Below are positions 48,475 through 58,393 of a stretch of DNA of 64,000 nt, piece by piece. This stretch comes from Candidatus Bathyarchaeota archaeon. Its GTDB lineage: Archaea; Thermoproteota; Bathyarchaeia; 40CM-2-53-6. Position 1 is the first letter of the stretch. Each line of letters begins with the position of its first letter. Made by a program: the position numbers and the translations under genes. The notes under the pieces were generated by a model. The model was not told the origin of the DNA. It worked only from the letters and a program-made list of their open reading frames with translations, and ran no database searches. The stretch is taken from positions 32,001 to 96,000 of the forward strand of contig CAWHWX010000012.1 of the NCBI GenBank assembly GCA_963833125.1. The letters run 5' to 3'.

Positions 48475-49199
48475 AAGACGGCTATCCTTCGATCTTCTCG
48501 ACAAGCAAGCATCTTGCCGAGAGTGGTTAAGATGACTTTGGTCTTTCCTCTGGAATGTCTCGTGGCTCTCGCGAGGCCTAGGTCAATTAAGCCACGGGCG
48601 TCTTCCGATCCGTGGATGTGGTAGCTCAAAAGCGGTTTCCCGTAATTGGTCAGCTTGCTAAGTTCGTCTAGGCTGTCAACCTCTCCACCTGCCTTATCCA
48701 ACGCTCGGAGTATGCTCATCTTCACCTCCGATACCATTTCTGTATAGCTTAGCTTCATTGGTGGAAGCATCACGCATTCATCTCCTTTGCAGAAGAATGC
48801 CTTGAAGCCTAGGATGAATGAGGTGACGGCTGCCGCGATGCAAATCATCTTGTCTCCTCCGCTGACGTTCAGCAGAAAGTCTTCGTAATTGTCGCGGTTT
48901 TTCTCGACGATCTCTGAAAATACTTGCATGATATCCTTGTATGAGTGTTCGGGTCTAATCTTATCGTGTACCTCCACTTCTGTCTTGAGCGTTTCACTGA
49001 TAGTCGTAGCGAGGCGTTTAGCAACCTCTTTGTCACGCTCATAACACAAGAGAACTAGTTTGTTCGCAGGCGCGTTTCTCACTCCTGAAAGGACTCCATC
49101 AGAATCGTCACCTACAGTTGCAATCTGCAATGTCTTCCGGAACGTCTCCTCTCCGTCATCCTCGGATTTCTTGGTTTGTCGAGTAGTAGCAGTCGGCAT
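48417..49199 (-). CDS. CARF-like Rossmann domain + HTH regulator (Csa3/DUF6293-like)
   Basis: IATVG, KLVLL, LLNVSGGDK motif; C-terminal wHTH (SLDELSKLT..GKPLLSYHI...LT.LGK). Confidence 0.78.
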   Translation of the reverse strand: MPTATTRQTKKSEDDGEETFRKTLQIATVGDDSDGVLSGVRNAPANKLVLLCYERDKEVAKRLATTISETLKTEVEVHDKIRPEHSYKDIMQVFSEIVEKNRDNYEDFLLNVSGGDKMICIAAAVTSFILGFKAFFCKGDECVMLPPMKLSYTEMVSEVKMSILRALDKAGGEVDSLDELSKLTNYGKPLLSYHIHGSEDARGLIDLGLARATRHSRGKTKVILTTLGKMLACREDRRIAVLCSHYSKNPGVTGVSKLEK

Positions 49200-49371
49200 A
49201 ATGGACTCCCTAACCCTTCATTTACGAACCAGAATATGGCGACAAGTAAAGTCTGCCGGTCGAGAGAGTCACGGGTCAATCTGTCTCTCAGCTATCCGAA
49301 GACCGCGACGTACCGTGCCGCGTGAAAATGCTTCTTAACTGAGCCCGCCAGTATTCCACACAGGACGAACG

Positions 49372-50187
49372 TTGTCGCTTAGGATAGGCTGCAGTGGTTG
49401 GTCGTACGCGGATTGGGTGGGGCCGTTTTACCCCAAAGAGACTGAGGCGAATCAATACCTAAGTCTCTATTCAAGAGTATTCGACTGCGTGGAGATAGAT
49501 TCCACATTCTACCGCGCCCCGACACCCAGCATGGTCCAGCAATGGTACACCAACACTCCGAACGGATTCATATTCGCACCCAAACTCCCAAAACGAATAA
49601 CGCATGACCAGCATTTGGAGGACGTTTCATCCTACCTATCACATTTCACAAGAACACTGGAACAGCTTCAAGAAAAACTAGGGCCATTTATCATACAACT
49701 TCCACCTTCATTCAAACTTTCCAAACATGAAAAGGCCCTAACGAACTTCATAGCAGAACTCAATCCGAAATCGAGGTATGCGATAGAGTTTCGACACAAG
49801 TCGTGGTTTAACCCGGACACGCAGAAGCTACTTGAGAATAACAATATCTGCCAAGTCTGGTCCGTTAACCAATACCTCACAACTCCTCCAACCGTCACCT
49901 CTGACATAGTTTACCTTCGTCTCGTTGGAGACCGGGCTTTGACAGAGTTCAAAGAGAAGCAAAGGGATCAGACCGAAATAATGCAAACGTGGAAGAAAGC
50001 CCTAGATGAGGTAGGCGACTCGGTGAAGGATCGCTTCATTTTCTTCAACAACCACTTCGCCGGTTTCGGTCCAGCCTCCGTTAACGAATTCAGGCGCTTG
50101 ATGGGATTGGTGGAGTTGGACTGGTCGAGCCTGACGGGCGGCTCTAAGACGCAGAGGACACTCTTCGACTTCGCAAACGGAGGCTAA
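49372..50187 (+). CDS. DUF72 (YecE-like) protein
   Basis: IGCSGWSY.DW.G.FYP, VEIDSTFY, K.P..ITH, QLPPSF, EFRH.SW, FFNNH. Confidence 0.92.
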   Translation: MSLRIGCSGWSYADWVGPFYPKETEANQYLSLYSRVFDCVEIDSTFYRAPTPSMVQQWYTNTPNGFIFAPKLPKRITHDQHLEDVSSYLSHFTRTLEQLQEKLGPFIIQLPPSFKLSKHEKALTNFIAELNPKSRYAIEFRHKSWFNPDTQKLLENNNICQVWSVNQYLTTPPTVTSDIVYLRLVGDRALTEFKEKQRDQTEIMQTWKKALDEVGDSVKDRFIFFNNHFAGFGPASVNEFRRLMGLVELDWSSLTGGSKTQRTLFDFANGG

Positions 50188-50198
50188 CAGCGCTGGCG

Positions 50199-51305
50199 TT
50201 GACACGTGTCATTTTCCACGTTGACCTAGACGCATTCTACGCCTCTGTCGAACAGAGAGAGAATCCCGCGCTACGCGACGTTCCTCTTATCATTGGTGCA
50301 GATCCGAAGAAGGGAAAGGGGAGAGGTGTGGTTGTTGCGTGCTCTTATGAGGCGAGAAAACGAGGGCTCCACTCTGGGCAGCCAATCTCGAGCGCATATC
50401 GGCTCTGTCCCGAGGGCGTGTATGTTCGACCAAATCTCGCGTTATACGGTCAAGTCTCTGCTGATGTCATGGATCGAATCAGGAAATATGCTGACAGGTT
50501 TGAGCAAGTAAGTATAGACGAGGCGTTCCTAGATGTTTCCAAGCGATCCCAAACCTCCGGCGGACCAATTGCTCTGGCGAAACAAATCAAGACTGAACTC
50601 AGCGAAAAAGAACGACTAACCTGTTCTATCGGAATAGCTCCAAACAAGTCCGCCGCCAAAATCGCCTCAGATTACCAGAAACCAGACGGACTTACGAACA
50701 TTGAGCCCGAACGAGTAAAGGAATTCCTCGCACCGCTTGCGGTCTCAAAGATTTCAGGAATAGGAAAGAAGACCGAGGCACGACTCAACGAGCTTGGAAT
50801 CAAAACAATCGGTGACCTAGCCAAATATTCGCCGCGGTCCCTCTACAAGCAGTTCGGGAAGTCAGCAGTCTGGCTCTGGGCGATAGCGAACGCCGAAGAG
50901 CGTGTCGAAGTCCAAGAGAATTACGAGATGAAGTCGATTGGTGGAGAACATACCTTCGAGGTCGATACGAACGATTGGTTGACCGTGAATGAGCAATTGG
51001 TTAACCTGGTCGATTATGTTCACAAGCGTTTGATCGAAGCGAACATGACTTTTCGCACGGTGGGATTGAAGATACGTTTCACGGGGTTTGAAACATATAC
51101 ACGAGAGAAGACTTTGCGATTCTCAACCGCCGACAAACAGTCAATCCTAAGCACAATTCAAGAACTTCTTGAAGAATTCAGAGGCCGCCCCAAGAAGGTA
51201 CGACTGGTTGGAGTAAGACTAACTGGTCTCACCGAAACGCCAGCGAAATCTACAACGAAAGCAACGTTAGATACATTCGTGTCCCCAGGCGCTAGGAAGC
51301 TGTGA
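50199..51305 (+). CDS. dinB: DNA polymerase IV (Y family)
   Basis: HVDLDAFYASVE, CSYEAR, SIDEAFLD, AKIASD..KPDG. Confidence 0.95.
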   Translation: MTRVIFHVDLDAFYASVEQRENPALRDVPLIIGADPKKGKGRGVVVACSYEARKRGLHSGQPISSAYRLCPEGVYVRPNLALYGQVSADVMDRIRKYADRFEQVSIDEAFLDVSKRSQTSGGPIALAKQIKTELSEKERLTCSIGIAPNKSAAKIASDYQKPDGLTNIEPERVKEFLAPLAVSKISGIGKKTEARLNELGIKTIGDLAKYSPRSLYKQFGKSAVWLWAIANAEERVEVQENYEMKSIGGEHTFEVDTNDWLTVNEQLVNLVDYVHKRLIEANMTFRTVGLKIRFTGFETYTREKTLRFSTADKQSILSTIQELLEEFRGRPKKVRLVGVRLTGLTETPAKSTTKATLDTFVSPGARKL

Positions 51306-52197
51306 CGAGTTCCGGCACCAATCCAATCATGATTGACCTTAGAGCTGCAATTTCTTCGGTGTTCATTTGGCGTAATGGCGGCCTAACATTCCCTGATTTC
51401 AGCCCTCGCATCTTCAAGACCTCTAGGAGAGGGGTAAGAGGAGGACTGCTCATGGCGGCGCGCAGGGAGTGAATCTTCTTTTGCAGTCTTCCTCCCTTCG
51501 TAAGGTCGCTCGCCTTGTAGGCCTCATACATCTCCACAAAGAGTTCCGGAAATGGATTGGCGGTTGCCGAGACGCCAGCGTTCACCCCCGCACATAGTGC
51601 TGAGAATAGGTAAGAGTCGGTTCCATTTATCACAGAGAACCCTTGCGGCGCGGCTCCCAAATAGTCCAGCAACTGTACGAAGTCACGGCTACTGTCCTTG
51701 ATTCCCACGATATTTGGAATACGACTAAGTTGAACAAGCAGCTTAGCGTCGACATTATTTCCAGTGTTGCTAGGAATATTATACACTAAGACTGGCAGCT
51801 TCGTTGACGCAGCCAGACGCTTGTAATGTTCTATGGTTGCATCATTTCCAGGATGATAATAGAATGGCGTCAAGGAGGCTATGGCGTCGGCCCCACAGTT
51901 CTCTGCATGTCTCGCCAAATCAATGCTCACGGTAGGATCGGCTGCGCCTACCTGAACAATAACGGGGACTCTGCGCTGCGCCTCCTTCACCACAATCTCC
52001 GCAACCCGCTTCCTTTCCTCCGTTTCCATCGCCGGTCCCATACCGGTCGTACCGAGCGGGAACAAGCCGTTAACGCCACTCTTGATTTGGAATTGGACGA
52101 GCTGGCGAATAGCCTCCTCATCGACTTGACCATTATTCGAAAAAGGCGTAACTAAGGCGGTAATGATTCCGTGTAATCGCAAATCTCTCTGCATCAT
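51292..52197 (-). CDS. DapA/NanA-family class I aldolase
   Basis: GI.TALVTPF, GTTG, PFYY, YNIP, GIKDSS. Confidence 0.9.
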   Translation of the reverse strand: MMQRDLRLHGIITALVTPFSNNGQVDEEAIRQLVQFQIKSGVNGLFPLGTTGMGPAMETEERKRVAEIVVKEAQRRVPVIVQVGAADPTVSIDLARHAENCGADAIASLTPFYYHPGNDATIEHYKRLAASTKLPVLVYNIPSNTGNNVDAKLLVQLSRIPNIVGIKDSSRDFVQLLDYLGAAPQGFSVINGTDSYLFSALCAGVNAGVSATANPFPELFVEMYEAYKASDLTKGGRLQKKIHSLRAAMSSPPLTPLLEVLKMRGLKSGNVRPPLRQMNTEEIAALRSIMIGLVPELVTAS

Positions 52198-52333
52198 GAG
52201 TCTCTTGCACCGAGGATGGGAAGTTCAGGCCTAGCTCATGAGTACAGTCATATAATCCCATACGCAGCCTAGTCGGTTTTCCCAAATCGACGAGTATCCG
52301 CGTGTGCGGAATCGTCGACTTTTTTTGGTGAGA

Positions 52334-52921
52334 CTAGGACTTTCGCCGTTCTAAGAAACGGGTGAGGCGAGTGGCCATTTTTAGGGCGATTCTCCCTGGA
52401 AGAGTCACCAGGTAACGCCCACGGTCTCCCTCCTGAATTACAAGCCCAGCCTCTTGAAGTATTTTCAAGTGGTTCGAGATCGTGCTTGGAGAAATGTCCT
52501 TGAGAACAGATTCGATCTCGCTTGCGTATCTCCCACCGTAAAGTAGTTCGTTTAGAATCCGCAGTCGATGTTCGCTAGCCATCGCACTCATCAATGTTGC
52601 AGCGCGGTCGGCTTCTGCTGGGGTGATCGCTCTTGCCTGTACTCTCGCTATGTGACGGTCGAACCAAGCCCCGGTTGGATCGACGAAGACTGATTTTTCA
52701 ATCTCAGAGGAAATGCCAGACGTAACGCTCTCGACAACGTCGTTCACATATTCTGATAATGATTGAGCAAAGTTTCGTTTGGGCGATTCATTGCCTCGCA
52801 TGTTCTGCGGCGGTATGGCATTTGAGATTCGTTGAACTTCTTCACGGAGTTTGGCAACTTCTTCCTCTAGTTGGTCGATGTTTGATGAAGGGTTCGATTT
52901 ATCCACCATGTTAATCATCAT
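52334..52921 (-). CDS. ArsR-family HTH regulator with N-terminal coiled coil
   Basis: RLRIL..L...., ISPSTISNHLKIL.EAGLV. Confidence 0.85.
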   Translation of the reverse strand: MMINMVDKSNPSSNIDQLEEEVAKLREEVQRISNAIPPQNMRGNESPKRNFAQSLSEYVNDVVESVTSGISSEIEKSVFVDPTGAWFDRHIARVQARAITPAEADRAATLMSAMASEHRLRILNELLYGGRYASEIESVLKDISPSTISNHLKILQEAGLVIQEGDRGRYLVTLPGRIALKMATRLTRFLERRKS

Positions 52922-53078
52922 CGAATTGAATTAGTGTAACATCGAATTAGATTCGAGAATAATAAAGCTTTCGTGGAATAATCCGCCAAGTCGTTCTTTT
53001 AGTTTAGAGATTGGAAAAACGGGGGGACTCCAGTCCTAATCCGCTTATATCGGGTGCTCTCGCGATGGGGACTAACCC

Positions 53079-53921
53079 ATGCAGGAGATCGCTACGGGCG
53101 CAATTTCTTCTCTCCACGCCAGCGGCGAGCATGTTCCTAAGGATGTCCTCGCGTTAGAATACAACCCGGAGAAGAAGCTCGCACACTTTGTGGTCACACT
53201 GAGGAATGTGCCGGGAGCGCTTGAGTTCTCGGCCGCGATTGCCACGAAGCATAAAGTAAACATCCTGTCGGGGTTCCATCACGCTCCATCTGCTTCCAGC
53301 CAGGCATTCTGGAGCTTCTTCGCGGACTTTACCGACGCGGGAATCGGCCCAAACGAACTCGCAAAGGAGCTCGAGTTTCTTCCATCGACTGTGGAAGTTC
53401 GCTTCAAAGTTCCACGAAAAGGTCTGTTGATCGATTCGTTCCATTTTCCACTTCGGTGGGGTGGACAGCGTGCAATCATATTGCGGACGGAATCCATCGC
53501 ATCAATCTTCTCTCGAATCATGGGCGTATTTGGTGACGGAGCAGCGGCGAGGGTCGTGATGTATGAAATGGGGGAGGCAGCGGGCAGGGCGATTATGAAA
53601 GATCTTCTCGCTCAACTTGGAGGAGATATCGTAAGGGATGAACTTCGTTCAATAGTTGGGTTATACTCATCGAACGGATGGGGCATATTCGACCTGGTTT
53701 CAATGGACCTGGATCAAAAGAAGGCTGAATTTCGGGTTCGCGACAACTTTGAGTGTGTACATTACAAGGAATCCGTTCTCCCGAGAAGTAATTTCCTTCG
53801 AGGTCACATTGCTGGTTGGTTCTCGGAACTAGTCGGCAGCCGCGTAGAAGTGGTAGAGCAGTACTGTGAGGCGAAATCGGATCCATTCTGCTATTTTGTG
53901 GTTCGGCCCACAACCCTGTGA
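53079..53921 (+). CDS. ACT + V4R domain protein
   Basis: L.NVPGAL ACT motif; GWG, NFEC, F.RG..AG, E..C.A..DP.C V4R motif. Confidence 0.85.
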   Translation: MQEIATGAISSLHASGEHVPKDVLALEYNPEKKLAHFVVTLRNVPGALEFSAAIATKHKVNILSGFHHAPSASSQAFWSFFADFTDAGIGPNELAKELEFLPSTVEVRFKVPRKGLLIDSFHFPLRWGGQRAIILRTESIASIFSRIMGVFGDGAAARVVMYEMGEAAGRAIMKDLLAQLGGDIVRDELRSIVGLYSSNGWGIFDLVSMDLDQKKAEFRVRDNFECVHYKESVLPRSNFLRGHIAGWFSELVGSRVEVVEQYCEAKSDPFCYFVVRPTTL

Positions 53922-53983
53922 TCAATGTTTGCTTACTCTACGATAGATTGAAAGTGGGGAAAGACAGCTACAACGCCTTGGTA

Positions 53984-54329
53984 ATGGAAAACGGAACTAA
54001 AATCTGCTGATTTCAATGGCGAATTTCTGAGGAATAAAGATACACTTGCGGTGCTTTTCCTCGCGTCGTGGTGTCCGTTCTGCACTCGATTCTACCCGTT
54101 ATTTCAAACCACCGCGGAGAAGAATAGCATTGCTTGGGCCACTGTGGATATTAGCGAGGACGAGAATCCACTTTGGGAGATATTCAGCATCGGGGTCGTC
54201 CCAACCATTATCATCTTCAAAGAGGGTAAGGCAGTGTTTAGAAGGGACGGGAGTCTCGGGCGAGGCCTTTCTCAGAAGGCGATTGACGAGAGTATAACTC
54301 AGATGAAGTTACTATCGACGACAAGCTAA
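53984..54329 (+). CDS. Thioredoxin family protein (5' frameshift)
   Basis: F.ASWCPFC, I.VVPT.I.FK.G. Confidence 0.85.
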
Positions 54330-54346
54330 GCCGCCTGCGTGGATCA

Positions 54347-54646
54347 TTATTCGTAGACGAGTTCTCGTTCCAGAGGCCTACCTTTCCGATACTTCCATAT
54401 CTCTACCCTTCCGCGATAGGCCTTGCCCCAAAGCTTCAAGGTTCTTCGTTCTGCTTCCGTTGCCCTTCCTTTCCCGCTCTTCACCTGAACCATAAGAATT
54501 CTTCCCGCCCGACCTGCGAAGATATCTACGGGACCATGTGAGGCTGCGCTACGACTGCAAAACCATCCTTCCTCCCGTAGTTTCCTTAAAACTTGGTATT
54601 CGCGGCTACGACCTCGTGTGTACGGCGTCGAGACCATTCTTTCCAC
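54347..54646 (-). CDS. Hjc-like PD-(D/E)xK nuclease
   Basis: G.SRE..V...LREEG....RSAAS.GP.DI.A.......QVK. Confidence 0.8.
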   Translation of the reverse strand: MERMVSTPYTRGRSREYQVLRKLREEGWFCSRSAASHGPVDIFAGRAGRILMVQVKSGKGRATEAERRTLKLWGKAYRGRVEIWKYRKGRPLERELVYE

Positions 54647-54902
54647 TCCATCCTCCTAACCCCAAATTAGTTCCCCTTTCTCTCTTAATCACGTCGAGTG
54701 CCTCTTGATCGTTAACTTAGACTCGTGCCCAGCTAGCTTAGGGTGGCGGGACATGACTTGATTCATAATAGACGTACGGGTTGATCCAATTTTCATTGAA
54801 CCAGTCTAAAACGAATCCTCTTTCAGCAATTAACCAACACCATAGAGTGTTGTAAAATACTTAAGCTTCGAAATCCGACACGTCGAATCGAGACGGCTGA
54901 CT

Positions 54903-56558
54903 TTGGGGTCTTCAGGGCGATTGCTAGCGATTATTGCCTTATCCATCATGTTCGCCGCTCTCCATGTATCCTACGCATTTGCTGACAACAGCTACACAGT
55001 TACTATCACAGTTCAGGGTTTACCGTCTTCCCTTTCAACGAAAGTCTACGTTGATGGGAGTTATAATGGAACACTGAGCGGTGGGAGCTCAGACACGTTA
55101 ACGCTTTCAATAAATGACAACCCGCATGCCATCTTGGTTGATTCTTATGTGCAAGGGACCGGAAATGGGACACGATATTACGAGAATGATACAGTGTGGG
55201 GTATCAGCTCACCAGGCAGCCATATGTTCACTTACGTCGCTCAATATTTTCTGTCCGTGGAAACCGCCTTTAGCTCAGCTACAGGCCAATCGTGGTACAA
55301 CGCAGGTTCGACTGCTCAGGCCGTGCTTAACGATCAACAAATTGTCGAGGGGCAAGGAACGCGAAACATATTCACAGGTTGGTCTGGCGACGCGACAGGG
55401 ACGCAATTGACTTCGAATGCAATAATTATGGACGGACCAAAGGTCGCAACCGCGAATTGGAAAACCCAGTTTTACTTAACCATTGAATCTAACCCAGCGA
55501 ACGTCACTAGCTTGACAGGTTCTGGGTGGTATGATTCGGGCGTAGACGCTAACTTTTCTGCTGTTATGGTAGCGTCTGGGACATCGAATACGCGCTTGGA
55601 GTTCGATCATTGGAGCGGTGAATACACAGGGCAGCAACCTTCGGGGATGGTGTTGATGGATCGTCCAAAAATTGTCAGTGCCAATTATCTTGTTCAATAC
55701 CTTCTGACCGTTATGTACTCCTCACCGAGCGTTTCATCCTCATACAACGAGACTCACGCAGGTTGGTACGCTGCGAATTCTAGCGTGCAACTCGGGCCCG
55801 CACCATCAATTATCAATTTGAGTACCGTGGAGCGGTTGCGATTTATCGGTTGGTCTGACAACGGTTCTGTATCGAAGAATCTATCGTACTCTGTTTTGGT
55901 AGTTGGGCCACTAAACGTAACTCTCTCCTACACGACGCAATACTATGTTGACGTACGCTCTACATACGGAACGGCTTCCGGTTCGGGTTGGTACGATCGA
56001 GGGACAACCGCAACGATTACCTCCCCAACTACTTCAGGCACCTGGCCCGTTTCGTATGCGCTGACCGGGTGGAGCGTTGACCCGCCCACCGGAACTCTGA
56101 ACAGTACAGAGAATTCGTGGATGTTAACCGTCAATGGGCCATACGTAGTACAGGCAGAATGGGGAGTAGATTACGTCCCACTGATCCTGCTCTTTGGCGG
56201 GAGCGCCGTCGCGTTTGCTGCTGTGGGAGTTACTGCGGTGGTAGTTCACAGGAGGAGTAAAGTTACCGGCAGATCTACTGCTCCTCGCCCGCAAAAAACC
56301 GGCCAGGCTATGTTAGGGTCGCTGGTAGTTTGCAACAGTTGCGGTAACAATGTGCCGAAGGGCGCGGAGTTCTGCGAGAAATGCGGAGCCCCGATCGCGC
56401 CACTCATCGAACCTTCAACGGAGAATAAGGTATACGACTACATCGTAAAACACGAGGGTATAATTTCCTTGAGCGAAGCATCAGCAGATCTTGCGATACC
56501 TGTTGAGCAGCTAAAGGAAATAACTGAGCGTTTGAAGAGAGAGGGCCGTTTAAGTTAG
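54903..56558 (+). CDS. Single-pass membrane protein: extracellular beta repeats, TM, zinc ribbon, C-terminal wHTH (PCI-like)
   Basis: Signal peptide; four QY(F/Y)L.V..GSGWY..G / F.GWS repeats; TM; CNSCG..FCEKCG; VYDYI.KH.G.IS.SEA..DL.I. Confidence 0.8.
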   Translation: MGSSGRLLAIIALSIMFAALHVSYAFADNSYTVTITVQGLPSSLSTKVYVDGSYNGTLSGGSSDTLTLSINDNPHAILVDSYVQGTGNGTRYYENDTVWGISSPGSHMFTYVAQYFLSVETAFSSATGQSWYNAGSTAQAVLNDQQIVEGQGTRNIFTGWSGDATGTQLTSNAIIMDGPKVATANWKTQFYLTIESNPANVTSLTGSGWYDSGVDANFSAVMVASGTSNTRLEFDHWSGEYTGQQPSGMVLMDRPKIVSANYLVQYLLTVMYSSPSVSSSYNETHAGWYAANSSVQLGPAPSIINLSTVERLRFIGWSDNGSVSKNLSYSVLVVGPLNVTLSYTTQYYVDVRSTYGTASGSGWYDRGTTATITSPTTSGTWPVSYALTGWSVDPPTGTLNSTENSWMLTVNGPYVVQAEWGVDYVPLILLFGGSAVAFAAVGVTAVVVHRRSKVTGRSTAPRPQKTGQAMLGSLVVCNSCGNNVPKGAEFCEKCGAPIAPLIEPSTENKVYDYIVKHEGIISLSEASADLAIPVEQLKEITERLKREGRLS

Positions 56559-56995
56559 AAGAACGGATTCATGCCGTGTTCTGGTTGCTGGTACGTCGCC
56601 GGGTACTGTTGGTATTGGTACGGTTGGTACTGCTGTTGGTACTGCTGGGACTGCGCACTGAACTTCGGAGCTAGGCTCCAATAGCATTCCATGCAGAAGC
56701 TTAGAACTCCGTATTGCTTGTTGCAACCTGCACAAATCGACCTGCCGCACCGCGAACAAACAAATGCAGATGGTAGGTCATGGTGGTAGTAGCAGCTGCC
56801 CGGAGTTTGGATCTGTCTGGGAGTGTACATTGGAGGGGCTCGTGGGGTTGGAACGGTCTGGCCAGTTAATGGGGATTTCACTTCAACTTTGACTGGGGGA
56901 AATCTTGAAAGTGCAGTGCCGCAACTGAAACAGAATCGTGCGTCCTCGGCGTTTGGTCTGCCGCATGATTGACAGGGAATCATATTCCGAACCAC
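56555..56995 (-). CDS. Zinc ribbon + B-box-like zinc finger protein with Q/Y-rich tail
   Basis: CQSCG..N..DA.FC.SCG; C-x2-H-x8-C-x2-C-x4-C-x2-C-x9-C-x2-C; PPMY. Confidence 0.8.
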   Translation of the reverse strand: MVRNMIPCQSCGRPNAEDARFCFSCGTALSRFPPVKVEVKSPLTGQTVPTPRAPPMYTPRQIQTPGSCYYHHDLPSAFVCSRCGRSICAGCNKQYGVLSFCMECYWSLAPKFSAQSQQYQQQYQPYQYQQYPATYQQPEHGMNPFF

Positions 56996-57142
56996 TAAGC
57001 AAGTGTTTGTAGGCCGTTCTTAACGATTGCCCATTGAGAGAAGGCACGTGGATGGTTCGATTTCCCCATAGAAGCATGGAGTTAGGAAGGTTAGGTGGGA
57101 GGGAGTGTGTGAGAAACTGACATGAATATTTCAAAATCGATG

Positions 57143-58393
57143 TTAAGTCAATCGAAGTATTGATTCATGGAGTTCTTGGTTCTTGCCCTCAGCCAAGACT
57201 CTCAGGTAATCCCCCCGCTTGCCAGCCCTACGAAGTGGTGATTTACCCTCTATTTTCCGTGTCCCCTCCGAGTTTTCGGCGAAAATCGTGAGCTCTCCAT
57301 CCCCAAGGTTAGACGCTTTACGAATTGATTCTTCTACCGTGGCCTTAGCAGCACGTGGGCTATCTAGCGGTAGGTCGTTTCGCGGGACGACGATCCTTCC
57401 CGTTCCGTCCTTCCCGCAAACAATGCATCGCACGCTTCGTTTGAGATCCATGGTGCTGTAGCGGTTGTTCTTGAGATCGACGAACAGGATTGATCTGAGC
57501 GGTTGACCAGTTGTTTCAGGCCACTTCGTGGTTGTCTTGTATGCCTCTAAACCGAGGATTACTTTGACCGCTTCTTGTGCGAGGATAGACGAGACTAGGG
57601 AAATTGATGTCGCAAAGGAAGGAACGGTTTCTTGTTCCAGGGGTCCCTCGCATGGGTTGCGGAGGCCGGCGATGCTCGAATACTGGTTCGCGGGAAACAT
57701 GCAAACTGGGCAAGCGTCATCGGGTGGTAGGTAGGAGTGAACCCTTCCGTTCAATCCAATAATTCCCGCGTCGATCAGAGGAATTGAGTATTTTCGGCAG
57801 GTTTGAGTAAGGAAGATTCGTGAGACGACATTGTCTAAACCGCAAACGATCACTTGGGAGTCCAGGTAAAGTTTCAATGGCATACGTTCGAGATCGCCGC
57901 GGTAAGCGGTCGTTGTTACGAATGGATACTTCAGATGAAGGTTCTTAGCCAAAAATTCGGCCTTGTTCCTGCCTAAGTCTTTAGGTTGGAAGAAGATCAT
58001 TCGGCTTACGTTTGAGAGTTCGATACGGTCGCGGTCAACAATTACGATTCTCCCGACTCCCAGCATGGCGAGGTTTTTAGCAGCCTCGTTACCTATAGCC
58101 CCCGCGCCCGCCAAAAGCACCGTTGCGCTTCGAATCTTCTTCTGTCCTTCGGCGCCCCAGACAAGTAGTTGCCGAGCCCAGAGATAGTCTAGGATGATTG
58201 GGTCCTTTTCGGTTTTGAGTTTGGCAACGGTTGATGTTTCTGCCAGTCGCTTACCGTGGAACAGGCATTTTGTAAGGTCAGATTCTATGCCTAGTTTTCT
58301 ACAGGCTAATTGTTTGAATTCCCTGATCGTTCTTGTAGGGGGTAGATCAATCTCAATTTCCTTATACCGCGGGATAGACGCACGAAGTTTCAT
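57143..58393 (-). CDS. Ubiquitin-activating E1-like enzyme (ThiF family) with N-terminal ubiquitin-like domain
   Basis: GAGAIG, D.DRIELSN..R, CGLDN..SR, CPVC/CIVC zinc pair, putative catalytic RNPC; N-terminal beta-grasp pattern (TIREFKQ....LGI......LFHGKRL). Confidence 0.9.
   Translation of the reverse strand: MKLRASIPRYKEIEIDLPPTRTIREFKQLACRKLGIESDLTKCLFHGKRLAETSTVAKLKTEKDPIILDYLWARQLLVWGAEGQKKIRSATVLLAGAGAIGNEAAKNLAMLGVGRIVIVDRDRIELSNVSRMIFFQPKDLGRNKAEFLAKNLHLKYPFVTTTAYRGDLERMPLKLYLDSQVIVCGLDNVVSRIFLTQTCRKYSIPLIDAGIIGLNGRVHSYLPPDDACPVCMFPANQYSSIAGLRNPCEGPLEQETVPSFATSISLVSSILAQEAVKVILGLEAYKTTTKWPETTGQPLRSILFVDLKNNRYSTMDLKRSVRCIVCGKDGTGRIVVPRNDLPLDSPRAAKATVEESIRKASNLGDGELTIFAENSEGTRKIEGKSPLRRAGKRGDYLRVLAEGKNQELHESILRLT

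Noticed and set aside
56580-56650. Short tandem repeats (ggtactgctgtt-like) as a CRISPR array or VNTR
   Set aside because: They encode the QQYQ tail of the B-box protein; there is no repeat-spacer periodicity. No CRISPR array was found in the window.
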